Shown here: one piece after another, positions 11,583 to 26,410 of the stretch
Layout of the letters: each line of letters starts with the position of its first letter
Position numbering within the stretch: the stretch's first letter is position 1
Origin: Bispira polyomma
Lineage: Eukaryota
Direction: 5' to 3'
Assembly (NCBI GenBank): GCA_965649765.1
Contig: OZ287760.1
Coordinates: 17,360,001-17,424,000 of the forward strand
DNA: 64,000 nt
The notes under the pieces: model-generated
Told to the model about the DNA's origin: nothing
What the model saw: only the letters and a program-made list of their open reading frames with translations
Databases searched by the model: none
Translations under genes and position numbers: made by a program

Positions 11583-14500
11583 TATCTCACAGGACATCAT
11601 TTTTTTTCTTATACCAAACGATGCAACATCCCTTATATAGTGGAATCCTTTGAGTCCCCCTCCCCCCCCCAAAAAAAAAAAAAAAAATGATCAATTAATA
11701 GACAAAAAACATTCCATTGACCCCCCCCCCCCCCCCCCCCCAAGACCATATATATTCAAGATATGGATTTTCCCATAAACGGAAGCCATTCTCGGGAAGT
11801 AAAGCTATCTGTTTCCCACCCTTGATAAATTATAGAGTTGATCTGAACTGAAAGCCCCTCGCTTTTCCGTCAAGGATGCTGCAAGGAAATTGCCCAATGA
11901 AGCAGCCATTTTCTTAAGGCTCCCAACTATCCATCTACACAGGACGTTCCGGGGCATCCTGCAATTACAAATCCACCCCACAGTGAATGCTAATGGCATT
12001 AACAAAATGGAAGGTGGCTTTAAAAAGAATTTAACCAACACTCTCTTCTGGGAAAAAGTTACGAATTCTTCTGGTGTTTTGCTTTTTAAACAAACTGATT
12101 AGTACTAGTGAGTATTATTAAGTGAATAATTTGTGAAAAAAACATTAGATATATTAACTTTGCTGGTCAAAATAGAATTATTGATATGGTTATTACTGTA
12201 TATTATTGTATTTACCATATATTGTTTTAATTCCCTGACTGTTACAGTTTTGTGACTGTTAAATATTTCTTACTGTATAAGCTCTCAAGTGGATGTGTGG
12301 GGTTTTGTTGTGGCTTCTGTTAATTGTCTTTTTCATGTTTATATTGTACATATGTCAGTGTGCTTCTTTATTGTTGCTTTGTTTACTCATAGTAAGACGG
12401 ACTTCAGCCCTTGCCTCTTTTCTCTGATGTCCCCTTTTTTTAAAAAAAATAGTCCGTCCCTCAGCCATAAAAGGGATTAGTGTTGTCCATTAGTGAGCCC
12501 TGTAATCTGGGCTTGCATGTCAGAGTCTCTCTTTCTCTCTTCTGTGGCGTTTCTTTACATAACAAAGATCAGAGGATGGTCTTCCTGATTGTGTTAGTTT
12601 CCAACACACAACTCTATGTCACCGATTCATGCAGTATTATTACCCTTCTTCCCAGGAGTTACAGTGTGTTAATGAATGCTTGTGGAAACAACCATCGAGT
12701 TTCCCCCTCCTCCCACCAGACCTTCACATCTGACCTTTGAGGGGGAAAAAACAGGCAGCACAGCCAATCCATCAAATACCACGCGTATAGGGGAAAAAGT
12801 AGTCCCGACCGGAAGTGTGTTCCTGCGCCCAGCCTCATTATTTATGAAGGTCACATACATTAGGGCAAGCTGTAGGCAATCGTTTGTTTCAAAACATTTG
12901 AAAAGGTTGGCACACAAGAAGAAAAAAAAACAGAAAGAAAGAAAGCTATTTGTTAGTGCAAGATGTTACATTTTTTGCCCCCCACTACTTGACTTGACAA
13001 TTTGAATTAATAGCTACTTTGCCTTATATGCACTTCTGAACTGTTTTTAGACTACTGTGGAAAGAAACAACTAAACCATTTATAATATTCTGGCTGTGTT
13101 TTAAAACAAGTGAAAGGAGGACAATATATCAGTTATTGACTTGCCAAAAAAAAATTAAAATATGTGTATGATGAATAGCATGGTATTTAAACCTCTGTGG
13201 GTGAGTGGGGAAATGTCAAAGAGAAGAAAAAAAGTCTTCTTTTTTTTTAAATGTTCCATAGCATAGATGATGGTATAGACTATGAGAGAGAGGAAAAATG
13301 TACAATGAGTTGAGGTGTTGTATCAACAGAAATCAATGGCATTGTATACCATGTATGTAGGAATTCAGCTCACTGTGGTGGGGGTGTGGGTGCAATGTAT
13401 ATAGTAGTCTATACAAAACTGCTGCACATTGATAATAATCAGAATATTTGCTATAAAATATATATATACATATATATATATGCAGTGTGTGAGTGTCAAC
13501 TAAACTCCTTATTATTGTAGTTAGTGGATGAGGGCTGCACAGAACAACTACAGCTTGTTTTAAGTTTAAGACAAGTGTTGTAAAATATGGCCCCAAAAGG
13601 GGGGGGAAACACACAAACCACCACTTATTACCTTACTTTACACATTTGCATAACTAGATCTTGTTCTCCCCCCCTCCCCCAAATTTCTTCTCTGTACATA
13701 AGACCCCCCTAGTTTACTTCTTCTGTGTAGTTACATTTGATTACCACAGTCTAAGTTAATTTCATGGGTCGACAGGTGCGCTAGGAGCAATGAATCGAGA
13801 GAGGGTTGATGTAGTAGTGTGGGTAGAGAGATTGGGGGAGGAGGGGGAGATTGGTAGGGGGTTAGTGGGGGGGGGAGGGCAAGAGAGAAATACGGCAGTT
13901 TATCATTTCACAAGGCCAGTAAGGCCATTGCATGGATCACTTTCTGAAACAAACAGGGGTCGCCTCAAAAAGAGCTTTTTCTTGTGTGTGTGTTTTTTTT
14001 TTTTGGTTTTTTTTTTTGGCTTAAAAATACTGTGCATGTATAGGCAGATAGATGTGTAATGGACCTCAGAGATACTTGTTGTGACTTCAAATATGTTATA
14101 TTTTATGACCCATGTGTTGTTTTGCAAGCAAAGTAAAAAGTCACGTGTGTGCAAAATAAGTGACACTTTTAAAAGCTATATTCATGTATTATTTGCCATT
14201 CAAAACACAAAAATCATACATTTTAAAGTTTAAATCTGTTAATAATTGGACATGTACTTTCATTACACAAGTAGTACATGTAGTCTCTTACAAATAAGTA
14301 AATATGGGTATACACTATAGAGTGATGTGCAGGCCTAGCTTACATGAGGTGAATGGCCGACCAAGTCTACTCTGACTTTATAGATGTATTTGTACTACAT
14401 ACTCTCTCCCCTACATCGATCTGTCCATCTCTGCTTCAGTAGCAACAGGATCTTAGAATCAAGCAGTCTTCTTTTTCTCCACACCTGATTCTACTTTTAC

Positions 14501-14789
14501 ACTATGTGGCCTACATTACATCACATGTGGCTTCTGATGAATCGACTGTACCAGACTACCCTCATCAACGATGACGTCAGAGATCTATGGGTAGTAGTGT
14601 GAGAGTCCTAGAATCAGTCAGTGACCTGACTTGCCCCTCCCCCCCCCCCCTGATATCACATATGTGGGCCACTGGTTCAATAAGTTTGTCTAGAGGTAGA
14701 ACAGGATGCAACTCTGTAGACCTTCCAGAATTAGGTTATTTATGGCCACAGCTTAAATTCCTTGAACTCAGAAGTATAAGAGTATAATT

Positions 14790-15133
14790 TCAAACAAGGT
14801 GTGCCCAAATAAATATGACAGGGAATTGATACCATGTTATTACAAGGTATAGATGCAGAAATGGACGAGTCAATGGAAATTAGTCTTAAGAAAAGGAGAT
14901 GGAAACACCATAGGCCCCATTTTAAGAAGAAAATATGATATGAAGTGGCAATGACATGGGCCCCAGAAGGCCAAAAAGGAAGACCCAGAGAAACATGGAG
15001 AAGGACGGTTAAAAGAGAGATGGAATGGTCCAACTAGAAAGAAGCAAAGGCTGAAGCCAATGACGGACCAAGATGGAAACGACCATTTCTCGCATTATGC
15101 TCAACCAGGAGCAAAGAGGATGAGTGAGTAAGT
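14790..15133 (+). mobile_element. RTE-clade LINE 3' remnant
   Basis: From 14942 reads EVAMTWAPEGQKGRPRETWRRTVKREMEWSN*KEAKAEANDGPRWKRPFLALCSTRSKEDE*, the RTE ORF C-terminal motif (W.P.G..GRP..TW). It has an in-frame stop and a GAGTGAGTAAGT tail. The 5' limit is approximate. Confidence 0.85.
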
Positions 15134-15872
15134 GTAGATGCCGAAAGATGCAGACAAAAAATAATAACACATTGTTAAAAATAAACACCAAAAGCACTTA
15201 AGGTCAGGACAATAACCCGATTCTCCATATGTGTACATAATGGTGCTATCTGGCTGCTCTCTAGTTCAGATAAATCCATCTTCTTCTAGACATATGAGAT
15301 AAATGTATCCAAGTGCAGTAGCTATAGCTCTATGTAGGTTAAACCAGTGTTTTTTTATCATTCTCTGGTTGCTCTCTGTGTGTATGTGTCAGTATATGTA
15401 TCTATATGTGGGATGTGAAATGAGTACATATACACACACATAAGTCTTCAGTCATTTATTTTATTAGACAAGAAAATGGCCTCACTGGGTAAACCACAGT
15501 ACTATCTCTGCAACAGCCCCTGACTGATTTAGTTCTACACCAACATAGGTACTTTTTTGAAGAAAAAAAAACACTTCAGTATTATGCTTAAGTATATATA
15601 CATATATATATATGTATATATATGTAGATATCTCTCACACAATTGTTGGAATGTATGTGGCAGATGATTTACTTATGGACTATATAAATCATATACAACA
15701 CACACACAAAAAAAAATTATAACACTAGTGCAAAGCAACAAATCAAGTCTGTGGCTAATTAAATCACTTTTTTTTACCCCTATATCTCTCTTACTGAGAA
15801 GAAGCCCAGAAAACAAGAGTTGTGTTTTGAAAAAGATATACATCGATCTGACAACCTACAGTTTGCTCATGC

Positions 15873-16029
15873 AGATCGATTGCTTTTGACCAATCCACTA
15901 AGGGCTTACATATTATTTCCAACATGGCGGCAATATCAGACAGCATCTGATACTATTAGGTTTTGGCCAGGTCGATTGCTTCCGACCAATTTATGAAGGG
16001 CTCGCATATTTTTTTCCCACATGGCGGCG
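15873..16029 (+). repeat. Two diverged ~58-bp units, ~97-bp period
   Basis: TCGATTGCTT..GACCAAT....AAGGGCT..CATATT..ACATGGCGGC occurs twice. Confidence 0.7.
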
Positions 16030-16116
16030 AGCTTTTTTTGAGAGTGAAAACAGTATAAGGCTATGCCTAATTAAAAAGAAACAAAGGAAAAAAATATGTG
16101 ACTGTTATTCAATATA

Positions 16117-16440
16117 GGCTCTCTGTGGCCTAATGGTTAGAGTGGTTAGACTTTGGATCTGAGGGTCCAGGTTCGATCCTACCTGCAGGCCTGGTAATTG
16201 TACCCTTCCGCAAGATATTTCATACAAAGTTGTCCCTCTCTAACAAGGTGTATAAATAGGTGCCTCGCTGTTAGTCTGTGCTGCATGCACGGCTAGTATA
16301 GGCTTCCTTAGGGGAACTGAGAGTAAACAATTGGTTGACAAGCAGGAGATCCCAGGCTGGGTATGTAAAACTGCGGACAGCACTTTAAAAAGAAAGCGCT
16401 ATATAAATGCAAATTTACATTTTAATCTACATTCATTTTT
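16117..16440 (+). mobile_element. CORE-type tRNA SINE with L2/CR1-like tail
   Basis: A box TGGCCTAATGG, B box GGTTCGATCC, CORE-like TGTACCCTTCCGCAAGATATTT..CCCTCTCTAACAAGGTGTATAAATAGGTGCC, and tail AAAGCGCTATATAAATGC. Confidence 0.8.
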
Positions 16441-16994
16441 ATATAGGGCATATTTTTGAGATGGCCCCTCTCCCAAAGAGCAGGGCCAAGCCAACGTGGC
16501 CATTACGCCATCGATTTTGTAATATATCTGTTACAATTGGGACTTTCTCTGCCGCTGGAGCCTTGTGTGATAGATATGTCAAATGGAATCTGAAGAAAGC
16601 TTGATGCCAAATAGAAAGCACTGAAAACCCTCAAGGCCAAGCAAGGGGGGTCTCCCCCTCCCCCCTCACCAGTTCCCTCTCTCTCTATGAATATATACTC
16701 CATGGGTGTGTCTGGGTGTGTGTACACCGAAAGGTTAGGTTCTCTTCTTTTCACTGGGCAACTGCTCTCTCTCCACTTAGCCCCCCCCCCCCCCCACTCC
16801 TCATTCTCCCCCCCCCTTTACCCCTAATAAATAATTCACTGCAATGACAGTGATAGATTGAGGCTGGCATGCTATTGGGAGGGTTTTGAACATGATAAAG
16901 TGCTTCTCAAATGTTAGAAAATGGAAAAATTTCTTTCTGCAGTACAGAGTGAAAGATTGAGTGTGTGTCTAGTTTTCTTTCTTAAAACTTTAAA

Positions 16995-17015
16995 ATATAT
17001 ATATATATATATAGT

Positions 17016-17044
<29 letters not shown>
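16995..17044. repeat. Interrupted (AT)n microsatellite
   Basis: Directly visible. Confidence 0.9.
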
Positions 17045-17046
<2 letters not shown>

Positions 17047-20000
17047 CCATGATTTGTTCTATAGATATATCTCACCTTTTGGGCCCCCAACATTTCCCGA
17101 AGTATTGCATTATTCTGAAATTTAATCCTACAAAGATGTTATGGCTGTATTATAATCAACAATTGCCATTTTCTATATACAATTCATCCTTCTATCTGGT
17201 GGTGTACACTAAAATCATGGTGTACACTAAAAATCAGAGTGGTTCTCTTTCTTCCTGTATATATATATAAAGACACATGCATATTCTAATCTAACTTTGT
17301 GGTGAAGTGTGTGGTAGTGGCTTATATAATAAATGTTTCACCTTCTTGCTTTGCTGCTTTTTTTTTCTTTTCTTTTTCTATTTTTCATTTCTCCCTGAAC
17401 ACCAAAAGACAATGGAGGTCTGTGGTACCAAAAAAACCTTCACACAAGTAGAGAATTAATGGAACGTGAAGTGGGCTACACTGATAACGCAGGCAAGTCT
17501 ATAGGGGGAACTACCACACTCCTTGTATCCCCAACTGTCTTTGATCTTTTGAAGTGTCTTCTTCTCACACAATCTCTCACAGTCTCTACCATGGCCGCTA
17601 GATGGGGTGAATGTATTGAATTAAATATTTTTTTCATCAGATTTGAAATGAGTCTCCCTTAGTATTAGAAATATATACATGTATACATATCCTAAGTAAG
17701 AGTACAAGACTAAAATAAGAAATACACCATATATCATTAGTATATCAGCAATGTGTCTGCTGTCAAAAAGTAGAGGCTATTATTGTGTTTGTCCTTGTAG
17801 TATATATACTGGGAAATAGAAGCAGGCCATACAAGGGAGAGGGGGGGGGGGGGGTAAGATAAAATGCATTAAGAGAAGTCTGTAAATCAAAGTATCACAC
17901 AAAAACCCATTATGAAATATAGAGATTTACATCTGGTACATCTTTTTCACCTTGAGCCCAAAAAGTTTGAATTGAATATTGCCCAATATTACAAATGACT
18001 TTTCACATCTTCACGAAGGATGGGTTATTATGGTGAAAAGTGTATGAAGACAGCTTGAAGGAAAGAGTATACACCTTTTTTAGGCAGAGCAAGAATTGTT
18101 GATATATTATAAGGTTTTGTTTGAACTCGATTGACATACTTAAAGAAAGAAACTATACCTGTTTATAAAGCCACAGCAATTACAATACGTTTGTCTTGTC
18201 AGATATGTATATACACTAATTATAATCTGATTCACCAAGCAATTTTTTTTCTCAGAATCACCACTGTATTGTTTGTTTTGACGGTTTATTTTAGTTTAAT
18301 TAGGAAAATCACAGATATAGTTTCATCGTTCTCACAGTAGGTAAGGTAATCTCAACTTGAAATAAAGTAACTCATCCTCCATTTTAGAAGTCCACAATTT
18401 GACTCATTCGCTTGACACCTTCCCTGGAATAAACTTGATTCTATTCTCACAGCAGTGGTACAGGCTCTTGCTTAGCATTTAGGGAACTGCAGACTCCAGC
18501 AGAATATATGTATGCATTGCACGAGTACATCACCATGCTAATAGACTCATCATGTTGATATAAGTTTTCCCAATATTATTACATGCAGATAATATCCCAT
18601 ATTATCTTGAAAAATATGTGACCTTCTTGGTATAAGCCATACAATGTTTTGGATGGAAATATCGTGTGAGTAATTCACACACTTTGACAAACCTGTGCAG
18701 TTTTGTTTTATAGGTTCCAATTTTAGAAAAGTTGTTGTCTTTAAAAAACATTTATGGCTTGTGTATTGATGGGGCTCTACTATCTTACCTCAATCCACCA
18801 TAAAATGAGTAAATAAAACCTGACCTGCATTCACTTTCGTTTTCCATCAATGCTGTTAATGAAATAGTAATGGGCACCACAAATCCATAAAGGTCCCACA
18901 CAGGAATTATTACAATGACCCAGTTACATACATATATGCTACAGAAGTATAATGCTTTGCCATTATATATAAATACACCTGTAATGGTATGTTACTATAG
19001 CTCTATATTGCTTTCTGCAGTTTGTTCTAGTTTTTTGCATCTGCTTTGGAGGTCTGGGTAGATCCCATCAAACTTGGCAGTAAAGGTGTACATGACTACA
19101 ACCAATAAGCCATGTTATCTTCAGTGGACCATCTGGGCACAGTCAATTGATAGTCGAAGAAATTGTATTTAATCAGACAAATGAAAGAAAATGACAGATA
19201 TGAAAGACTCATTTTGTACACTTCCAAACTGTATGTGCCAATTGCAAATGTTGCTTTGAAATCTGTGAAATTTGTACACACAGGTTGTGCATCTTAACAT
19301 TTTAGTTTTTGTTAAATCTCTTTTCACATTGTCAATGGCTTCCTAAGAAACTAACTAGTGTATGGTTTCATCTATGGCAGAGATCTACTCATGTGTATCC
19401 AATACTATGTTTAGAAATATAGCATCTTTAATCTCTGAAATTGCCGAGTTAAATCACAGATCACAGAGTAATTAGTAGACAGAATTTGTTCCAATGATAA
19501 CCCATACTATGTTCCATCATTGAATTTTCCTTTTACTAATTGCATTATTAATTAAGTCAGTTGTTATATTACCGTTGAATATCAGCTTTATAAACTCAGT
19601 GAAAGCAGTTTGCTACTTAATAAACTCCTCCACAGTTTGTGATTGCATGCCTTCATTTTACTATGAACAAAACATGGGAATGTTTTGACAAAGTTCTGTA
19701 TTACCTGGAAGATGGTATATGTTGAACTTTGACCTAGAATTCAACAAAGGATGATCTCATGGCCCTTGTTCAGTTCACAGTGGTTGTTTTGAGTCTATGT
19801 TTGTAAATATAAACATCTTATAAAATACAAACAACTCCTGATTTGGGATTTCCAGCCTTTTCAGAGATTCAGAACCAATTTCTTCAGAAGTTACTGCCAT
19901 TGAAAAGAACAGACGTGCTCGGTTTGTGTCAGGTGATCACTTCAGTCATGTGATTATAGGTTGATATAGACAGATCTTTGTAGACAGCCCGCGATTGGTC

Positions 20001-20537
20001 TGTGGCATATCCCTGATTTTTTAAAATCATTGTCATGTATTAATTCATTGGACTATTTCGTCACATCACATTTTGCATATTCTTGCAATTTGAAAAATAC
20101 AAATTTTATCAATTGACACAAATCCAAGAAATACATAAACAGAGTTCCAGTATAGTAGATTCATTTGCACAACGACCATGACAAATACAATTGTATTTGT
20201 ATGTTGTATATTAGTATTGTACAATTTATTGTAATTTTTTAAAGATAATTACCTGACTAATGTGATTTGGAATTGAACAAAAAGATAACAAAACTAGCCT
20301 TTGGGAATTTATTGTCTGTGTTAAAAAACAACATATAAAGATATGTGATATTATATGCTGCTTTTGAACAATCCCAGTGCCTCATGAATTATCCTGGACA
20401 ATGAAAACATCCCGAACCATGTACTGTTATTATTATGCATTTTCAATGATCTTTAATAATGATAGGCTTATAAAATGAAACAGCAGAAGCAGTGGTTGTA
20501 TATAGTGACTTGGCAAGGTCACAAGTGAGAATACAGG

Positions 20538-20809
20538 GGGGGGGGGGGGGAGGGGGGCACAGTGGCCTAGTGGTTAGCAAGCATTGCATTTCACAATCAC
20601 TGGTCTCTCACCTCTGGGCGGCGTGAGTTCGAATCCTGTCGATGCCTATGTGGGAAAGGTGGTAGTTCCTTACTGTGGGCCGCTTGTTTCAGTGCAGAAC
20701 CTTGATCAACTGTATGCAGTGTTTCCTCCAACGTTTCCAACTACCCGTCCCAATATAACCTAAACAGGTACTAGAGTGGACGTTAAATATCCAAATTGAA
20801 ATTGAATTG
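20538..20809 (+). mobile_element. SINE family A (tRNA head, Meta-like central domain), full length
   Basis: A/B boxes; highly similar to the copies at 50368, 60571 and 62685. TSD gaatacagg at 20529-20537 and 20810-20818. 5' poly-G run. Confidence 0.93.
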
Positions 20810-20844
20810 GAATACAGGAGTGTGCAGGAGGGAAATTACGGTGG

Positions 20845-21200
20845 GTTAAAGGTTAAAGAGATTGGTTTTAAGCTTTTTTCTAAAATGGATAAGTTTGTCT
20901 GATGATCTGAGGTCTACCGGCTGACTGGAAGCCTGTTCCAAGCTGCAATGTACAAAGCTCTGGATCCAGCCTTCCAGGAGGGTTTAACCCAAGAAACTGA
21001 GAGTCTATATGTTGCCTCTCCCCAGGTTGTTGAAAGAGAGAAGGAAATTGAGCTAGGAAGGAAGTTATTACAGCCTTGAATGTGGTAACATGAATTTCAA
21101 CAAAATGCTATGATGAATGGGAAGCCAGTGTAATTTTTTGAGGAATGAAGTGACATCGGTGCAACTGTCCAGGCGACATATCAATATTGCACAGCGATTG
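20845..21200 (-). mobile_element. L2/CR1-type LINE 3' remnant
   Basis: The minus strand encodes VTSFLKKLHWLPI and, further 3', fragments WNRLP..LRSSDKLIHFRKKLKTNLF, typical of the L2/CR1 ORF2 C-terminus. Confidence 0.8.
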
Positions 21201-23921
21201 TATGTACATTGGGAAATATATATGTCGCTGGTTTTCATTAAAACACTGTTTGTTGCTGTCCTATGCAATTTTGCAAATGCAGGCAATAGCAACAGTTACA
21301 TATTGATGTTCCTTCTTTCATTTCAGATTTTAAAAAATCAAGTGACTGTGCGAGCTGTTCTTAAGTGTTAGTTTGTGTGATAGATTAGACTTTCAGTGTA
21401 AATTTGCATGACAAGACAGGTAGGTAGTAAAATATATCTTAAACGGTCATGACAAAAAAAAAATATCAGGCCTAATAGCATTTCTATTTTACTGCAGTTG
21501 GTGTAGTCATAGTAGTTATTGCAGGCGTTGATCTATTTTTTAACATTTTAGTGGTCAAGTCCTACTTAATGATAATGTCATGGTTACTTCGAAAACATTT
21601 CATAAGGAACAGATGTCACAATATTCTACCAACAGATTTTATAGATTATCACAAGTTAAAGGAACAACCTTTTATGTCGCCCTTCAGTATCTCTGCCAGC
21701 AATAAGATGGATTATTAGTATTGTAACCTATAGTTTTGATGTGCTACTAATGACTTACTTAACATTGTGAGCTTATTGATTGAATATCAAGAAAACTGCA
21801 TTGCCTTCCTTTTACAATGGATGAGATCAGAGAATTGTTCAAATGATGTGCAATACAATTGATATTAATATTACAATTATACATGTGTGTTGTCTGTCTG
21901 ATAGCACACTATAGAATCGTCTTCCTTTCATAAATGTAGCAGACTTTTTTGCCTCAAAAGAAAAGCAATAATCTGACCATATAACCACTAATCGAATGGC
22001 CCTCAAAGTTTTTGTGTGGGAGTAAGAAAAGTGGGCTTTCGGAACGGGTGGGGGTGTATTTTAACAAGAAGAAGTTCCGGTATTCCAGTCACACACGAAG
22101 GTCTATTTATCTCAAGCTAGTCTCCCAGTTTTTTGACACTATCAAACAGTAAATCACAGCCAGTCACCCAGTCAACCCAACTCCCAGACCACTTCTTCCT
22201 TGAACACTTGGCTTACTTTGTTGCTATGGCAATTCTGGTAGCTGGGGTTTTTTTGTGTACATTTCGCCACCAGAACTTTAACCACAGAAAAAAACTATAT
22301 GTAGATGCCTCCAAAGTCGGTATTTCAGTATTTGGTTGGCTAGATAGGTTGTTTTGTGGATGAGGGCTATTAGTGAATGTAGGCCACTTTGTATTTAAAG
22401 CAGCTGTAGCGTCTTTGAGAAAAAAATAATAGCCCATGTAGTCCACTGCAATACCCAAAACAGTCAATATATTGAACATATATAGCATCTAATGCATGTA
22501 GCTATTTCTCTTAGTATGTTGCATGTTACATTGCAAGTGACACTGACCTTGTAGTCTGAAGGCATTTCACTGTTTTATAAATCCTGTGTCTCCCTCGCCT
22601 CTGGTGACATAACAGTGACTCACACTACTAGAAGGTATGCTAGGTACATATTCTGATACAATACCACCCAGCACTGGCTTAGTTTACTTTAGTTTTAATT
22701 TGGGTTTTAGATACAAGCTTAATGTAGCTGGTGATGTAGTGGGAACACACTAATTTCCCATTCCTGGTGTTGTGGGTTTAAATCTCAGCCCTGACACATG
22801 TATATGTGGGGAAAGCTTGACTGTATGCTTACTGCTGGCTGATGGAGTGAACTCCCCGTCCTGATAGCCCACAAACATGTTGAACGTGACATTACACCGG
22901 AACCTAATTTACAATTAAATTCACCAATAGATCTACCTTCTATGATATAATATATATAACCAAATATGATCAACTGACATATAACTAGTAAACTCAGTTG
23001 CACACAAATGTCAACTCTGTGAACTTTGTCAATTGTTAATACTTAGCCACAAAGAAAGCTCTTCAACTGCTGGTTATTTTCCCTTTTATTTTCCTCAGGT
23101 GCAGAGGTTTTTGGTGGCTAAACTTCACTAATTTTTCTTTTGCAACAGAATTAATGGTTAAGAGAGCTCTGGCGGGGACGTTACCATATCCTTTACAACC
23201 TTAGGTAATTTCCTATTTTAGAGCCAATGCAGCTAATGACAACAAGAAAAACAGAAAACAAAAACATAAAAGGGAATCTTTGGTCTCATAATTATTAAGG
23301 CAAGCTCACTTAGTAACAATGATATTTATTGGGAAAATCCTGGATCTAATACACATATACCAAGTGACGTGTCACAGGATAAAGTGAACTTTGTGTGGTA
23401 TGTGCCATGGTACATGCTAGATGTAGCCTTCTAAGGCTGTGTTTACATGTGTACACAATTTGCGACAAACCAGATGGCTGCATTTGCATTCGCAAAATCG
23501 TATGCTGTTGTTCCCAAATAAACCTATTTCTTTACACCTAACACATGCAATTTTGTCTTTTCTTACTGCAATAGTTGCACTCCGAAGATATAAAAACTTG
23601 GACTCGGACATCTGATGCTGCCAGTCAAATTTTTACACGAGTAGAGATAATTTATTAAGCCATCTCTGTTATTTGCAAATCGCACACATGAAAACATAGG
23701 CTTACAACTAGTGTAAGGAAGCCTTGCTCATATACTCACATGACAAAACCATAGAGTGACTGATGTCTAGCCCTGTGAGCAAGTAATAAGGTCACAGCGC
23801 TCAACTGTGTAGATTATAATCTAGCTAAATGAAAAGATACACTACGCCTTCTACTCGGGGGATTATGTGTCGGTATTGGACACTGGTAAACATATCGCTA
23901 TGGCTTATATAAGGTTTTTCT

Positions 23922-24177
23922 GGAGCTGCGGTGGTGGCCTAGTGGTTAGTATAGCGGTCGCTTCAGAATCAATGGCCTCTAACCATTGTGGGTTCGAATC
24001 CCGTGCATTGCTTCATATGGGAAAGTGCTTGTCAGGTACAATTGCCCGTAGGCTGCTGGTGGTTTATTGCTGTAGTGCTTTAGCACTGCTTTCTTTTGCA
24101 CCGTTAAATCTGGCTGTCGTGACCAATACAATGTTAAAAAGCAACATAAAATTCAAATTTATTTCAAATTTCAAATT
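23922..24177 (+). mobile_element. Older Meta-like tRNA SINE
   Basis: TGGCCTAGTGG and GGTTCGAATCCC boxes, GGTGGTTT core, TAAATCTG..CGTGA..TGTTAAAAAGC tail, TTCAAA repeats. Confidence 0.8.
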
Positions 24178-26410
24178 CCCTCTCTTTACTATTGAGTAAG
24201 TGGTTTCTCAAGCAAGCCAGCTGACCAAGTCAAGAGTTTGTAAACATGTGTTGAGCACATTAATTTTGTCCATCCTTTGTACTCTTCCAGGTGTTGCACA
24301 TTAAATAAAGCAAGCTAGCCTCACATATTTACAACATTGATACTGTTACTTTTTAGTATGAAACTCCCGTTTTAAAGTAGCAAGCTAGATATGGTTGATG
24401 ATGCACTGCACCCCCATATTTGAAATAGTTAGAATCTGGATATATTTTAGACGTATGTTTTACAAGGTAGGACAGGCAGTACAGAAAATTGTTCATCTGC
24501 ATGGAATTAAAGAGGAAAAGTTGCAGAATTATACATGCATACTTGTCTTTACTTCTTGTGTATAGGGGATTTGTTCATGGGTGATACAATGTTTTTGGCT
24601 TTAAATGTATCCACCAAAATTGGATTGTTTCATTTGTCAGTTTAGGGAGATATTCCTCCATTTTTGGTCAATGGAAGGTGATTTATTTTGTACTACTGTA
24701 AATGTATGTGTAGTTTTAGTTCATTTCAGTTCATGCAATTTCTGTTCATTTTGTGTAGTGAAATATATAGGTAATTTTTAAGATATTTATATGTTATGGG
24801 TCCACACCATACATGGTGTTGAAATTGTTAGATCATCGAATCCTCTCACATATAAGTTTATTTGTAACCACCAATACACAATCCTGCAGTATATATATAT
24901 ACACATATATCTTGTTAGGTATACAAATGTAATAGTTTCTATAGGTAATACATCTTAAATAAACATAACTAAATGATGCTGTTACAATGTTATTATGTCA
25001 TTTTGAAATTGTATATCATACCAGTACCAACATTAACACTTTTGCTTCTCATTTATGAAGTTTTGAATCACTTTATTATATTCTTGTGGCGCCAAGACAT
25101 CTTATAACTGTGCAGAGATAGTTTGCCATGCTATGACATCATTAATTGCAGAGGCACCCCCTCCCCCCCCCCTTCCCCACACCCATTCTGACCTTTATCT
25201 GCTATCTTGCTGCTCATAGCTATGCTGCATATATATCGTCCTTGGAAAAGTTAAGCTCAACTTAACAGAGAAGTTTTGACTCTTTCTTAGATATCCATAC
25301 CCTGATTGGACTTCAATTTTGAATGAAAAAAGTTGCTATCTCTTTGATACTCATACTCAATATTATTTTATCAGGAAAGTTATTTTTCATGTATAGCTTT
25401 GAAGACAGTTGAATCAATATGTATATATATATATATTAAATATTTTCTAAGGGGTGCGGAGATTTTGAGTTCTGCAAGTTTTTTTTTCCTATTTTTTTCC
25501 CCCTTTTGTTCACTTTCTGTACTGTTCACTAATGTCTCCCTCCCCCCTCCCCTCCACTACCACCCCCCCCCCCCCCCTATACCAACATCAGCCAACAGCT
25601 TCATCCCTTCTTAATGAGTTTTTTGTCCCGCAAAAATTGGCTCCTTAGCATTGTTTCAGAGTATAAACTTATCCCCATATTGATTCTGACATTTCTCAAA
25701 GGCATATGTGGCCTATTCTGTGCTTAAAGAGGTGGCATTTCAGTCTGATTAAAACCCATTCCTTAGGATAAAGTGAGGATATGATAGAGATAAATTAACG
25801 GTGCATTTATCTCTTGCATAAAAACAACTACAGCCCCTTTATATGCCCCCCCTCCCCTCTTTAACCTATTTTATTAGGTATACATTACACGAGAATAACC
25901 TTTAGTCCACTTCTCAGATTTCCTTTTCGTGGCTGGTCATCCATTCTAATAAGGGGGAGGAAACGTTTGTGATTCATAGACACTGAGGGAGGGGTGTCCA
26001 CATATTTATTTTTTTGGTCAAAGCAGATGATTTTAGATGCAATTTTTATGTATAGCCCAAGTTTTATCTTAGACTCTTGCAAGGTGGCATGGGTTTAGGA
26101 AAACTGGACTAATGTCCATTCAGTTAATATGAATTATATGTGTTCTTATTATTTCACGTATACTGATAATGGTGTTTTTATCTATAAGTATAGAAATACA
26201 TTTTGTATTGTAATCTAACAGTTATGTCAAAAAATATTAATCCTAATACACTTTAATACCAATTTTATGGTATTGGTTCATATGCACAAGCATAAGTAAA
26301 GGCAAGGTTATATACATCACACGTGGGTATGGGTATATGTATATATATATAACACAGTATATCTGCTACAGGGCAATGTGTTTACAAGGTGTTGAGTGTA
26401 AACAGAATTT

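Noticed and set aside
12498-12514. CCCTGTAATCTGGGCTT resembling miR-993/miR-10 5p
   Set aside because: No pairing arm on either side and an incomplete seed.
26156-26166. ACGTATACTGA, matching the 5' end of miR-iab-4/iab-8
   Set aside because: The match stops after 11 nt, the surrounding fold is a short, bulged AU-rich stem, and iab-4 is known from arthropods.
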